From assembly GCF_009914755.1 (NCBI RefSeq), contig NC_060929.1: 64,000 nucleotides of DNA. One strand, 5' to 3'. Numbering within the stretch: position 1 is the first letter of the stretch; each line of letters begins with the position of its first letter. The translations under genes were made by a program, and so were the position numbers. The notes under the pieces are model-generated. The model had not been told where the DNA came from. It ran no database searches and worked only from the letters and a program-made list of their open reading frames with translations. The stretch is from the human T2T-CHM13v2.0 reference genome, Homo sapiens. Below are positions 1 through 13,505 of the stretch, one piece after another.

Positions 1-732
1 AGGGAAGGAGCTGCAGGGATGCACTGGGTCACCTGGTGGCTCTGCAGCCACATCAACTTATCGTGCACCTGGTGCTTCTGGGGGAATTGTCCTCCATTTG
101 CTTAGATGACAAGGTGAAGAGCATTGACTGGGAACTTTCTCAATGTCTGCATGATTGTCCTCAATTCTAAGAGGAGGTGCTGCAGCTCTTCTAGGCAGCG
201 GAAGCTCAGTGTAACCTCAAGGGCCAGGATTGGCCTGAAAGGACAGGATGCCAGCAAGATCAGAGGTGTGGAGTCTGAGAGCCTTTGGCCTGAGCTGGGA
301 TCCCACCTGAGCCCATAGATATAGCCCTTGGGGAAAAGGGGAATTTGGAGAGGTAACAACATCATCCTGATGAGACACCAAGAGAACTGGAAATGTTTCA
401 GAACCTTCATTTTGCTGCATTTGATCTGGAAATGAACTCACTGTGGGTTGCATGACTCTGAGCTTCAAAACAAAGGTGAAGGGTAACTGACTAGCAATGC
501 TTGTATTGTTTCTTGCCTCTTCCTCTTCTGCCTCAATTGTTTTCTTCACTTCCAGGGAGAAGAAAGAGCCATGGAGATAGTAGCAGACAGGCTGCCCAAG
601 GTATGAAGCAGATGAGGGACCAGCACTCAGTCTAACATGTAAACATCATACGTAATAAAGGTTGTGTTTCAAACCTTACCTGGATATATTATTTAATTAA
701 CAAATTAATCTACCTATCTATTCATCATTTTC

Positions 733-1064
733 TTTTTTTTTCCTTTTTCTTTTTCTTCTTCTTCTTCTTTTTTTTTTTTTGAGATGGAGTTTCATTTTTG
801 TTGCCCAGGCTGGAGTGCGATGGCATGATCTCGGCTCACTGCAACCTCTGCCTCCTGAATTAAAGTGATTCTCCTGCCTCAGCCTCCCAAGTAGCTGGGA
901 TTACAGGCATGTGCCAGCACACACAGCTAATTTTGTATTTTTTTAGTAGAGATGAGGTTTCACCATGTTGGTCAGGCTGGTCTCGAACTCCTGGGCTCAA
1001 GTGTTCTACCCGCCTGGGCCTCCCAAAGTGCTGGGTTTGCAGGCGTGAGCCACGGCGCCCAGCC
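733..1064 (-). mobile_element. AluS element, full length
   Basis: Reverse Alu dimer with T/CTT-rich tail; TSD CTATTCATCATTTTC (718-732) / CTATTCATTATTTTC (1065-1079). Confidence 0.95.
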
Positions 1065-1399
1065 CTATTCATTATTTTCATCTATCTCTCCAGTGGTTTG
1101 TGAACGAAGTTTTACATCAGCACTAAAGATATCTACCAGCCTTTTCCAGAGGCAGCAATAGCCAAGCTCCTGGGTTTGATTAGACTTCTGTGTGACAATT
1201 TTTTCAAGGCTGGATATCACATTTCATATGAGACCATGACAAACTCCACTACATACCTATGTTTCCATCATCCCGCTTTATTAAGCTTAGCATTTTTCTA
1301 CGTTTGCTTCAGATGGCTTTGAAGTAAAAATGATTACAAATACAGCCATAGTCCCCTGTTCCATTGCCTTACATATGGATTTTGAGTATTTTTTAATAC

Positions 1400-4220
1400 T
1401 TCTGTGCATGTTTTATACTATTATATAAATATATAAAGTGTTTTGAATATCTTGAAAGTTTCACATACTATTGTACTTCATTATTAGTTTTCAACTTGTT
1501 TTTATTAAAAAACAGGTTTTTAAGATTATCCATTGTCATACACATATCTGTAGTTAACTAATTTTTACTACTGTATTATAGTTCATTCTATGAATATGCC
1601 AACTTTTTATTTATTGTCTTTTTGATGAAATTTCAGTTGCATCCAAATTTCCTCTATTACCACAGAATGTGTGTCTCTCTCTAGAATGTATACCCAGACA
1701 TCCATTGCTGTGCTGAATTATATAGATATTTCAGTTTAGTAGTTACTGCCGTGGTGTATTTCTTTCTTTGTTCAAGCATTTTTTTTCTTTCTTCATTCTT
1801 CAATAATGATTAATGCTTTTCTGCACAAATGTTATATACAATTTTTATTCGATGCAGTCCAAGATATCTTTTCTTTTCATTCTCCTTGTAAATGGTATGT
1901 TTTTTCTATTATATCTTAGAATTGGTTATTACTGATGCATATTTTAAATTTTCATTTCACATCTAGCAACCTTTTTGAAATTTTTCAGGTGTAAGTATTT
2001 CTATATAGTATTCTGTATTTTTCTATATTCAATCATATTAAATACAAATAAAAAGAATTAGTTTTTTCCTTTTTATTTCTAGACGGCACTTTTATTTTTC
2101 TTCTGTTACTGAACAGGCTAGGACCTCTGGTACAATATAAAATAATAGTGACCATAAAAATAACCTAATTTTTAAAAAAAGGTGAGAATGATTGTTGAAT
2201 TTTATGTGGGTTTGATGCATCTATTCAGATGATTTCATTCCTTTAGTTGTTAATTTTGTGTAATGCGTCAGAGGTTTTTGGATGATGAACCATCCTGGCC
2301 TCCCTGAAATAAACCTCATTTTACCATTATTGTTTTCTTTTACTAAACTGTTGAATTCACTCTGCTATTAAGAAATTTAGGATTTCTATGACTATTCACA
2401 AATAAAATCAGAGTATAATTTTTTTTCTTACATTACCCTTGTCCATTTTTTTTTTAAAAAAACCAAAATTAGCTATCTCCTATGCCATGATTTTTTTCCT
2501 CTCATCCCTGAAAGAGCTTCTGTGGAATGGGAGTTCACTTAGTCCTTTTTTTTTTAAATTTAATTTTATTTTAAGTTCCAGGATACATGTGCAGGCTGTG
2601 CAGGTTTGTTACATAGCTAAACATGTGCCATGGTGGTTTGCTGCACCTGTCAACCTATCACCTAGGTGTTAAGCCCTGCATGCATTAGCTGTTTATCCTG
2701 ATGCTCTCCCTTCTTCCCTCCTAACAGGCCCCAGTGTGTGTTTTTCCCATCCCTGTGTCCATGTGTTCTCATTGCTCAGCTCCCACTTACAATTGAGAAC
2801 ATACAGTGTTTGGTTTTCTGTTCCCGTGTTAGTTTGCTGGGAATAATGGCTTCCAGCTCCATCCATGTCCCTGAAAAGGACATGATCTTGTTCCTTTTTA
2901 TGGCTGCATAGTATCCTATGGTGTGTATGTACCACATTTTCTTTATCCAGTCAGTGCAGGATTCACACGCTGTGTTGATTCTTTTTGGTGGGAGCCACCG
3001 ACTTGCAGCTGTTTGTAGTTGGCCATCTTGGCCCCTCCCCTCCCATTTAATGCTTGAAGTTTAGGTAAAGTTTTTCTTTAAAAGCCTTACGTAGGATTTT
3101 TCTTTTCTTGGATAGAGAGAGGGTTGAGAATAATTTTTCTTATTATTTCAATTTGTTGTTTAAAGTTTTCAGTTTTTCCGGAAACAAATTTATATTTTTT
3201 ACAAATTACATTTAATAACACAAAGTAGTTCATAGTTTTATCATGGTAGTCTGTGATTTAAAAATCTTCTATTGTAATTATGTTTGCATTTTTTTCTAAT
3301 TTTTTATTTGCACATTTACTCACCTAGTTCAACTGATTAGTGTTGCCAGAGATTTGTTATTTTAATAATTGAAAATGAAATCTTTTAGTAGTGTTGATAT
3401 TTTGTATTATTTCCTTTTTTTGATTTTCTAATCATACCTTTATTATTTCTTTCCTTCTTTTATAGGTTTACTCAATGTTTTCTTTTTCCAGCATCTATTG
3501 AACAATTAACTTACTGATTTTTAATCATTCTTATTTTTAAATAAATGCATATGAAGCTATGCAAATTTTCTGAAATGCCATTTTAGTAGTATTCCACAAG
3601 TTTTGTGTTATACTTTCATTGTTATTTATTTCTAAATGTTTTATAATTTCTATTCTGATATTCTTTTTAATCTGTGATCACATAGGAATACATTTTAAAG
3701 TTGCCAAAGTTTTATTGTAACCTGGTGCATAATCAATTTAAAAAGTGTTTCATATGTACTTGAAAAGAATGTGTATTCTCTATTGGATTCAAGTTCATAT
3801 GCATATCTGTTAATCAGTCTCCTTTATTTTATTCAAATATTTTTTATCCTTTCTATTTTTAAGTCTGATCTTCCAGTTTCTGGTAGCCTGAAGTATTTTA
3901 CAATGATTGTGAACTTGTCAATTTCTCCTTATATTTGTACAGATTTAGCTAATATATTTTGAAATTATATTACAAGTCATGTGAAAATTAATGTTTTGTA
4001 CTTTTTTTGGTGGGTTTTCTTATTGTCAAATATTTCCCCCCACTTTTTCTCTATTAATTCCTTTCTTGCTTTAAATTCCATTTAGTCTGCTTTAATATGC
4101 TTTTTGTCTAAGAACTGTTTTGCTGTATTTACAATATTCAATCTGCTTTTTAGTAGGTGAGTTTAGCTGATTATACTTATTTCAAAGACTGAGAGGTTTG
4201 GAATGATTTCTACATCTCCA
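1400..4220 (-). mobile_element. Ancient L1M fragments, interrupted by the younger L1 at 2546-3040
   Basis: T-rich degenerate antisense ORF2-like motifs (e.g. TTGATGCATCTATTCAGATGAT, GAAAAGAATGTGTATTCT); boundaries approximate. Confidence 0.6.
2546..3040 (-). mobile_element. Internally deleted L1PA7/8-type element: ~400-bp 3' end joined to ~90-bp 5' end
   Basis: 2546-2951 is L1 3'UTR plus ORF2 tail; 2952-3040 reverse-complements to an L1 start (GGGGCCAAGATGGCCAACTACAAACAGCTGC...GTGAATCCTGCACTG). Confidence 0.8.
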
Positions 4221-4224
4221 TCTG

Positions 4225-4990
4225 TGTTTTTCACTTACCATCTATGGTAGATCATGTCCTAATATCACTCTCTGCTTCCTGCTAGCTGAATTCTGATTTT
4301 GTTCAGGTTTTGAGCTTTACTGGGCACAGCCTCAGGAGATGAATCTTGATTTACTGAAGCTGGTCATATTGCTTCATTCCACTTTTTTAGTGATTGATTT
4401 TACCAAATAAGTAGTAAGGGGAAGTTGGCTGGGGAACTTCTGGCAGAGATTTTCCTCTTTGATAAAAGGGGAGTGGCTCACGGTGAAAAACCCTGACCCC
4501 CTCCTTCTTGTTTTTGAAGGTAGATGTTGGAAGGTGTAATGCCTACAGGTATGACAACTGTCTTTTAAACATGAGGGGATAGCCAAAAGAATTACAGAAA
4601 ATCCAACTCTGGGACCCATAGTCATTGAGTCACCTACCTCTCAAATCTGAACTTTATGAAACAGTAATGTCATTACTGTTGAAGATGCTTTTAGTTGGGC
4701 ACACCATACTGATATGCCATCTGTGGCTGTCACACTGCTATGTGCTCATAAAATCTGTATTTCTTTTCCTCCTGAGCATTTACATAAAGTATATTTCCTA
4801 TCCTCTGTTACAGTTAGGTGGGGCCATGTGGCAGAACTTTCTGATAGTATATGGTAGAAGAGATAAATGCCACACTTCCAGGCATGCCCCCCCGACCCCC
4901 CAAATCTTCCACATGATCTAAGTCTTCTCTCTTCTCCTTTTTGCTGAAGTATGTGGAGGATTTAGGTTTCTAAAAGATGGAGAGTTCAAC
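4225..4990. mobile_element. MLT1-type MaLR LTR relics, probably two fragments
   Basis: Degenerate MLT1-like motifs (CAGTTAGGTGGGGCCATGTGGCAGAACTTT; GAGATGAATCTTGATT...GCTGG). Confidence 0.4.
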
Positions 4991-5559
4991 AGAAGGGTCT
5001 AATATAGTTCTTGCTTGTTCTGCAGGCATAAAATGCTTAATGGAATGGGTTCCAAACGAGCTGCAGGCAGAGTTCTCTAGGTTTCTCCAAGTGTCTGTGA
5101 TTGGGAGTGGTGGCTGGAGTACAGGTCAAGTGCAGGCTGGCTAGTCTGTAGATACTGATTCTCTTCTTGTATGTATAGTCTTTAAAGTAGTTTTCCTTGT
5201 CCCTGGCCATGCTAACCTTTCTCCCTCAACACTTTTCTCCCTCTCTCTGACCTTCTAGTACAGGGAAATCTTTCTACAATTGAGGTGAGATTTATTGTTT
5301 GTTCACAGAAGTCTTTTCTGTTCTCCTGTGGTTTCTGCTTTTGACATTCCATAGCCAAGAATTTTCCTTTTTTTCTCCTTTGTTTCTGCTGGGTCTTTAT
5401 CTTCCTAATGCAATGAACTTGAAGTGCTTAGCTGACTGGATGGGGAAAAATCCAGCAGCAAAGAGAAGTGATAAAAAATATTTCAGTTAATTTTTCAAAG
5501 TAGCATCCAGCTACATATTTTTAAATTTTAGGAGCAATATAGAAATATTGTCATCATAA

Positions 5560-7140
5560 AAATGCAAATGATATTAAAGTAATCAACGTATAAAAATAAA
5601 ATTAAAGTCTCCTTCAAATTATCCCTACTCTCCTCCCAAGCCTACTTCCTTTTGCAGAGATTTTGTTAGTTGTTTAGTTTCAAGATCTTAGGTCCATGTA
5701 TTTACATACATAGCTGTTTTATATGATATATGTAGCTTTATAGAGATTTTTGATTCATAAATTGTATCATACTATGTGTAATCTAAATCAACATTTTTGT
5801 TGAAGATCTTTTAATGCCTTTAATATAGATATTTAACATGGATCTTTAATATAGATTCATCCCATTTTTTTAAGCAAGTGTAATTTATTTACTTCCAGTG
5901 AGAAATCATAATATAATTAACTATCCCCTAATTGATGGCCATTTTGAGAAAGGTGTTCCTTTCTCCTGCAGTTGTCTCTCGACTTTGTTAACCAGATTGC
6001 ATTTCTCCTAAGTATTCAATGGTTATCACCATTGTCTAATAAAATACTTTAAATGGTCTGCAGTTTCCCTACGGATTAGTAAAATTTTAAACTCTGCACT
6101 TCAATTCTCTCTCAATATCTAGAATTTTGTTAGCTATTTCTTCACTTAAGTTTGAGTAATTACATGATTCATATAATTACTTTCTCCCTCCAGGGTACTA
6201 ATTTTGACTGTGTCTTGTGAATTACTGAAAAATGCTAGTCTTGCAGTCAGGACATTGGGCCCTTGATCAAAGAACTTAACTTCTCTGGCCTCGGCTTTAT
6301 GTGTTATCAAAAGGTTTGGGCTAGCTCACATTTAGAATGCTGTGTGTCTTTGAATCCCCCTCATTTAATTGTCTGCTATTTGAGAAGAGAGTGTTTTCTC
6401 ATGAAGCATGAGCATCATAATAGTTAACATTTATTGTTGTGTTTAACCTTGAATTGGGCAGAATTTAATCATACACAGCTTTTTAGTTATACGTTATGTT
6501 ACATACATTTTTAGCTCTAAATACTTTATATAGCCCTTGGTACTATTTTAAATAGCATTGTATTTTCTCTTACATTTTCTAATTTGCTATTTCTATTGTA
6601 GAGGGACTTGATTGATTTTTAAATTTTTGATCTGGTAACCATCTGCCTTGGTGAACTATATTATTAGTTTTTACTATTTTACCTGTGGATTATTTTGGAT
6701 TTCCTAGATAAATGATGATATCAAATGTAAATAATGTATTCCATGAAGAAATTTAGCTCATTATAGTGCATCTTATATACTTTTAAAACTCATGATAACT
6801 GTTTTTCATACATTTTTAGGACTACCCCCCCCCACCCCCACACAGAGGTAACTAATATAAAAGATCTGCATATATCCAGTCCATGTTTTAATTATTTTCT
6901 TGCATGTATATATCCATAGCAATATTTAGAATTCATGTGACTATTTACATGATTGTTATAACATTATGAAACATATTTTATTTCAATCAACATGTTTTCA
7001 AGATTTATCCATGTCAATCATGGATCAAGACCCATTTAACAATTTGATACTGTTCCATCATATGCATGTAGACTAATTTATTTTCCATTAAAATATTATC
7101 GAACAATTGAATTGTTTCCATTACTTCTCTGGAACACACA
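5560..7140 (-). mobile_element. Ancient L1M 3'-region fragments
   Basis: Degenerate antisense L1M motifs (TTTTCAAGATTTATCCATGT, GATTTCCTAGATAAATGATGATATC). Confidence 0.4.
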
Positions 7141-8424
7141 GGATTTAATAGAACACTGTGTAGACTTCTCCTGAGACTCAGAAAGTGTCAGGCTGTTTGA
7201 AGGATTGCTGCTTGCCTTTAGCCCCCTTCCATAGGCTTCCTCCAGTCAGACACTTCAAGCATGGATGACAGTTGTCAGGAATTTGAAGCACAGATGAAAG
7301 GAAAATTCACCCACATGGGGAGATCTAAGCCACTGCCCAGAAGGTAACAGGTTAATTTTAGGCATCCTGTTGGGCCCTCGGGAGAATCTGGGCTGGCCTG
7401 CGCCTCCATCCTTCTGCCTCTCCTCAAAACAAATGTGGAGAAAAGGAGAATCCGAAAACCATGAGCAGACCAAGGGAGTGATCTTGGGGGCTGAAGCTGT
7501 TATTGAGATCTCTGAGTGGAGTGTGAGGGCACTGTGCAACCAGATGGCCTGGCTCTGCCTTCTGAGAACTTCTTTCCCAGGAATGCTAGTAATTAAGGTG
7601 GTGCCAGACACATACAGCTGACATGGACCATATTGTCACAAAAATCTGCTGCTTTATGCGTATCTCTTCTTATTCATACACTCTTGTTTCTCATTATTTG
7701 GTCACTGCCTTTTGTACTTCACTAATGTGAATCATGATAGCTAGAGGACCAGGGACACGAATGACTCTTCTTGCTAGGCAGCATTAGTCCATAGCTTGAA
7801 GGTGAGGGAGGAGGTCAAACTAAACTCAAGAAGGAAAGATGGTGTTGAAGAGATAATCTCAGAGCTGGGTGTATTTTCTCAAAAGTTGATGAATGATCGA
7901 TAGCTCCAGGGCTGCAAGTGTTTCCTGGAGGCCTGCTGGCCATGGGGCTGGGTTCACTCAGTGAAGGAACCAGGTACCCCCTTTATTTCATTCCTTGCTC
8001 ATGCTTGTCCTTTTGCCAGCTTCTCTGCTGTTGATACACACTCTACAAGAGTGATCTTCTCCTGAAACCACTTTCTACTTGTTATTCTAGTCTTATGAGC
8101 ATTTATTGTCCCTTTCCAGTGTTCCCCTAAAATGCCACTGCAGGGAATTTATAATTTGATGATCATGCTTCTGGGTCCCCAGACCCTTCTCTTCTCATTC
8201 CTGGGGAATATTTGTCCAAGTCTCTTGGCCAAGCTCTTCCTCTCCAAGGCATTCTACTTCTTCTTCAAAACTGTAAAGTCCCCTATTTTTCAATAGTAGT
8301 TTTGATGGCTCATTAAACCTAGGGCTAAAATCACTGTCAATAGGTAAACTAGTTTATCTTTTTTTAGAGGTCATGGGAGTTTGATCTTCAAACCTCTCTG
8401 ATAAGGAGGGACATATAATAATAA

Positions 8425-8560
8425 ATTTAGCTAGATATTACTGAGAACTGATCATGAGCCAAGCACTCTTCTAAGCTTTGTTTGACTCATGCAATCAGTC
8501 TGAAGAATGACTCTAGGAGGCAGATGCTATTTTCATCTTAGGATGAGCACCTTAGTGGTC
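8425..8560 (-). mobile_element. MIR fragment
   Basis: TTACTGAGAACTGATCATGAGCCAAGCACTCTTCTAAGC...AGGCAGATGCTATT resembles antisense MIR. Confidence 0.55.
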
Positions 8561-8691
8561 TAAGGAAATGTGGGCACAACTCCTGGAACCATCTGGGAAC
8601 TTTGTTCTTTTTCTGCAGACTTGAATTCATCTGAGACCGGACCACACTAGTCTGAAGCATACAAAAGGTGGAGGAAGAGTTTGTTCATGCC

Positions 8692-8763
8692 TGAGGTTAC
8701 TGTACAGTGTAGTCATGAGGTTACTGTACACTGTAGTCATGAGGTTACTGTACACTGTAGTCA
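8692..8763. repeat. 24-bp minisatellite x3 (TGAGGTTACTGTACAsTGTAGTCA)
   Basis: Units at 8692, 8716 and 8740; a single substitution in unit 1. Confidence 0.95.
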
Positions 8764-9774
8764 CATCAGCTACTAAGAAAAAATTCTAAGATCAGTGAGG
8801 TGCACCTGTTCCAGATAAGGCACATGATTTCAGACAGAAATCATGTGCAGAAAACCTCTGGCCTGGGGGAGTTCTGAGGTTGTTCTGTTTCTTCCCATGA
8901 AGTTTGGGTTCAGGCGATCCCCCTTTATACCATTATCACCCCTATAGGTGTTGGAGCCATCCACAACTCTGGGCTTATAAGTGTCCTGACATAGTGGATC
9001 CAGAATAAGTTGGATGGGACACCCCTGAGTGTCATTCTTGCTGGGGAGTCACGGGTGAAGTGCTGGCTGCTGGAAATGCATGCTTGCATGGGGGCAAGCA
9101 GAGTGTCTCAGGATGCTTGCTCTGCACTTATTTGTGTGTCCTTTTCTGCCTGGCTCCCTTGTTCAGCCACCTCTGACCTTCCTCCATCCTCAGCCCAGGG
9201 AGTCCCTATCTTCATAAAGGTAGGACATTTGCTCATTTTCCCTCATCATATCCTTTCTCCAAAATACTGTCATTGTGAGTTTTTCCCATTTCCTAGACTC
9301 CTTTCTCTCCATTCATTTTTGTTCTGTCATCTCTTTCCTGCAGCCTGCTAACTCAGTGGGGTATTTCTTTCTATCCAAAGATGAAAGAAATACCAGCCAT
9401 TCCAAAAAAAAGAAAAAAAAAAAACACAGACATACCAGGAAAACTTCAAAACATTTATCCTGCCACATTTTAAAAAAATCACACAACCAATATATTGAAA
9501 GTCTCACTGTAAAAACTCAAACGATTTAAAAATTGAGTAAAATTTAACTTTTTTCCATACTCCTTCCCCAATTTATTTTAGTCCTCAAAGTTGACCTCAT
9601 TAACCATTTACTATGCTAACTTTCAGACATTTTCCTATGCACACATATAATTTTCTTTTTTCACATAGAGTATGAACTAGGTCACCTCCAAAATGCTGTG
9701 ATTCTGTGATTCACTGTCTCTCACTGAGTCATCCACTGATAATATAGTCCTTTTCATGGAGAAATAATTCCAAT

Positions 9775-10040
9775 AGCTAATAGTTAATATCTGCCGAGTG
9801 CTTACTGTGTGTCAGGCACTCCTCTAGCTACTTTATATATACTATATATATTATATATACTTTATATTTGATAATATTACATATTATCACATGTAATTTT
9901 CACATCCTTATAAAATAGGTATAATTATTGACCCCATGTGACAGATAAGTGCAGATAAGTACAGACAATACACAGATGTCAAGTGACTCCTCCAAGACAT
10001 AAGAGCAAGTCAAAATCCATGCCTTTAATTACTTTGCTCT
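9775..10040 (-). mobile_element. MIR
   Basis: GAGTGCTTACTGTGTGTCAGGCACT...CCCATGTGACAGATAAG...AAGTGACTCCTCCAAG. Confidence 0.65.
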
Positions 10041-10972
10041 ATTGCCGCCATCTGGGAGACGATGGTTTTGCCACAAAAACTGTTAAAAATCATGTTAGAT
10101 TTTTACATCTCTTAAGACAAGCATGGTACTGTTATATGGAAGAGGTTAACTAAGCTGACCCTTTATTTTATAAAACTCCATGTAGCTGGATGAAGGAAAA
10201 CAGCTACAGATTCAGGGTTCCCACTACCCCCCCTCCCCTTTTATAGAAAATAGCTTCTTGTATGCAGTTCACGTAATGTCAAGTCTAGGATGTAGTCCAA
10301 ATAATCAGGGAAAAATGGAGATACATAGAAAAGTACTTAAAGTTGGCAAGTACTAGGAGCTTAGTATTACTGGGGCCCAGGTGGAAATGCACAGAAGTAG
10401 CTTGCCTGGTTCCATTTCAGGCCTTTGGATATGCTCCACCAACTGCCATGGTCCCTGGGTCAGCTACTCGGCCCATTTGTTGATATAGTAGTATCCTCAA
10501 TTTGATAGAATCGTAAGGACGCCTTAAATTTGGTTAGCAGTTCTACATTCTTGATGCAATAATATTTTCAGAGTGTGGGAGAACATCAAACTATGGAAAT
10601 ATCCCTGGAGAGATTTGCTTATTAAGTTAGTTTTCTTCCGCCTTCCTGGTAGTTTTTGTTTTTTTGCTAAACACCAGGGGTTTTGCCTTCATTTTTCAGA
10701 TACATGTTTTTCATTTGTCTAGTGAACTTTTGAATACTTTTTGATGAGATATTAAGGTTGGAAAAAATAACCATCTCTTTAAAATAAGAAAGATTGTGAT
10801 AATGATAAGTATATAAAGCCCTAAAACTGAAGATATTCATTACAGCCTGTTAATTGGAATGAAAAGCTCATGCTTACTAATTCAGAGTCTATAAATAAAA
10901 GACAAGGATTATTTGGGGCATCTTTGGGGTCCTTATTACTGATCCTGGTGAGCCTCCACCATTTCCAATGAG

Positions 10973-11162
10973 TAGGGTTGACACATAAAATACAGGCTGT
11001 TTAGTTAAATTTGAGGGTCAAAAAAATAGTGAGTCCATTTTTAGTCTAAGTATGCCTAAGTATTACAAAGGATATACTTATATTAAAATAATTATCTGTT
11101 GTTTATCTGAAATTCAAATTTAACTGGGTATCATATTTTTATTGGTCAAATCTGGCAACCTA
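10973..11162. mobile_element. MER3/MER33-type hAT-Charlie MITE
   Basis: Terminal inverted repeats TAGGGTTG... / ...TGGCAACCTA; internal TTTATCTGAAATTCAAATTTAACTGG. Confidence 0.75.
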
Positions 11163-12309
11163 CTGATGGACCACAGCAGAGGCAGCTAAGGGAAGGTACA
11201 AATAGTCACAAGTTGCTTGAGGAGTTCGGGGAACAATGTGAAATCTTGACTGCAAGTACTTCCTTGTGCTTCCCTGAGTTAAGGTGACCTTTCCTGACCT
11301 TCCTCTTACGAGCTTTCTAGTAAGTCTGGAAGCCCACATCTAAGGGGGACCCTCAAAGTGACTCTCACCCTCATGACTTTGTTTCCAGTTCAAAATGGAA
11401 TCTTCCTAAAAATAGCTGCATGTGGCCAACAAGAGATGATGAGGCTTGTGAAACTGGATGAACACAGCTTTGATGCCTATGTGGTTTTTCTGTCTTGGGA
11501 GATTTAATGGGATTGATGTGAAAGATTCCAGGTTCCCAGATAGACAGAAAAAGTCCTGTTATACATCTAGATGCATGATCAGGCTCTAGTGGGTCAGAGT
11601 GCACAGACAGATGCAAACTTAGATGTTTATAAGGATCAGGTACATACCCAAGTTTCAAGATGGGACCAGGTACAGACTTGAGTTTGAAGATCACCTTTTA
11701 TGGCCTGTGGAAACAACAATGAACTACACAGTTTCCAGAAGGGAAATCACAGAGGAGATCTTGGCTTCATCACATGTAGGCTCTTATATTTGGTTCTGTC
11801 TAGATGGTATTTCAAAGACGGAGTTTGTTTACAACTCTGGAGGTCCAGGAAATTCTCTGATATACTCTTTGGACTCTCTCACTTTCTGAGAAAAAGAAGG
11901 GCTGAGGCTATAGAAAAGACATGAATTTTCTGGGCTGACAATGGCACTGCCCAGACCCTGAAGATGTGGTGCTGCTCCCTGTACAGTGCAAAAGAATTTT
12001 CATCTGTTTTGTTCCCTTTCATGGCACAAATAGCCGATATTTATGTAACACTGGTATTACAGGAGCCAAGGAGAGCAAATTATTAGGGATATTTTGGACC
12101 ATAGTAGAGGCAGCTAAGGGAAGGTAAAAACTGGTTTTTGAATAGTCACAAGTTGCTTGAGGAGTTCTGGGAACAATGTGAAATAGGGATGTGTGGAATG
12201 GGAAGAATGTTGCTGGAAATTCACAAATGGCACATGAAGAGGGATGGTAGTGGTCTGTGATTTGGGTTGCAGGCCAGGGAGTGAGGAATAGCATTAGGGA
12301 TTGGCCAGC

Positions 12310-12880
12310 TTGTCATTCATTCATCTGTTCCTAGGTATTTACTGAGTAACTGTCATGTGTTAGGTAGTATTCTGGGTTTTGAGATACAACAGTGAAGAAA
12401 ACGAATTATTAGGCTTTAAGGAGCTTATAGTTCAGTCAGAGAGACTGATAAATAGGCAATGACAATATAGGAGATAGAAGAGGTAAGTGTAAACTGTGGA
12501 GGCAAACAGGAGCGTCAGCTAATTAAGTCTAGTTGTTAGGGTAGGGAATGGGGGACCCAGGAAAGGCTCTCAGCGGAAGTGACATTGGAGTTCTGCAGGG
12601 TGACTAAGAATTTTCAAGGACTTTCTCAGGCAAAGATGGAGAAATGGAAAAGTTTTGGACAGAGGGAAAGTCTGTACAGAATCTCTAAGATGAAGACAAT
12701 GTGCACATTCTTCAGTATGGCTGGGCATAAAATCCAAGGGAGAGAGTGGCTGGGAAGAAAGACAGAGCTCTGTTGACTGTGTTAACAAGCTTGGACTTGT
12801 TCTGTGGGCTAATAAGCAGAAAAGGGACATCATCAGATGTGTGTTTTAGAGAAGTCACTAAGGTACCTGGGTATGGAGTG
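12310..12880 (-). mobile_element. L2 3' end
   Basis: CATTCATTCAT tail followed by TATTTACTGAGTAACTGTCATGTGTTAGG...GGAGCTTATAGTTCAGT, a typical antisense L2 terminus. Confidence 0.6.
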
Positions 12881-13168
12881 GATTTAACTGAGCATCAGCC
12901 AACATGGAGTAAGCTCGAATTCTTCTGTGTGTGGACCAGTGTCCCATATGGGACTAGGTAGGTCGCTGGAGCTAAGGTGGAGGGTAGGGGGCAGTGAGTT
13001 TTGTTTTTTGTTTTTCGGTTTCTTACAGGAGGCTACACCACCACATTGATTCCACTAAGAGTAACATGCTCAGTAAATTTCCTGATTCTGCAAGGCAGAT
13101 CTTTCTTTGTATTATTCTAAATTACCTTAGGATCCAAAAGGGCCATCACTGTAGAAAAAGGGTCTGGT

Positions 13169-13477
<309 letters not shown>

Positions 13478-13505
13478 GAAAAAGGGTCTGGTACATGTAG
13501 TAGCC

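Noticed and set aside
26-75. CTCF-like CCACCAGGTG motifs
   Set aside because: Mismatch in the 3' core (GAC rather than GGC); short matches arise by chance.
102-410. Minus-strand ORF with an acceptor-like TTTCAG near 235-240
   Set aside because: No recognisable protein similarity or partner exon; cannot be supported from sequence alone.
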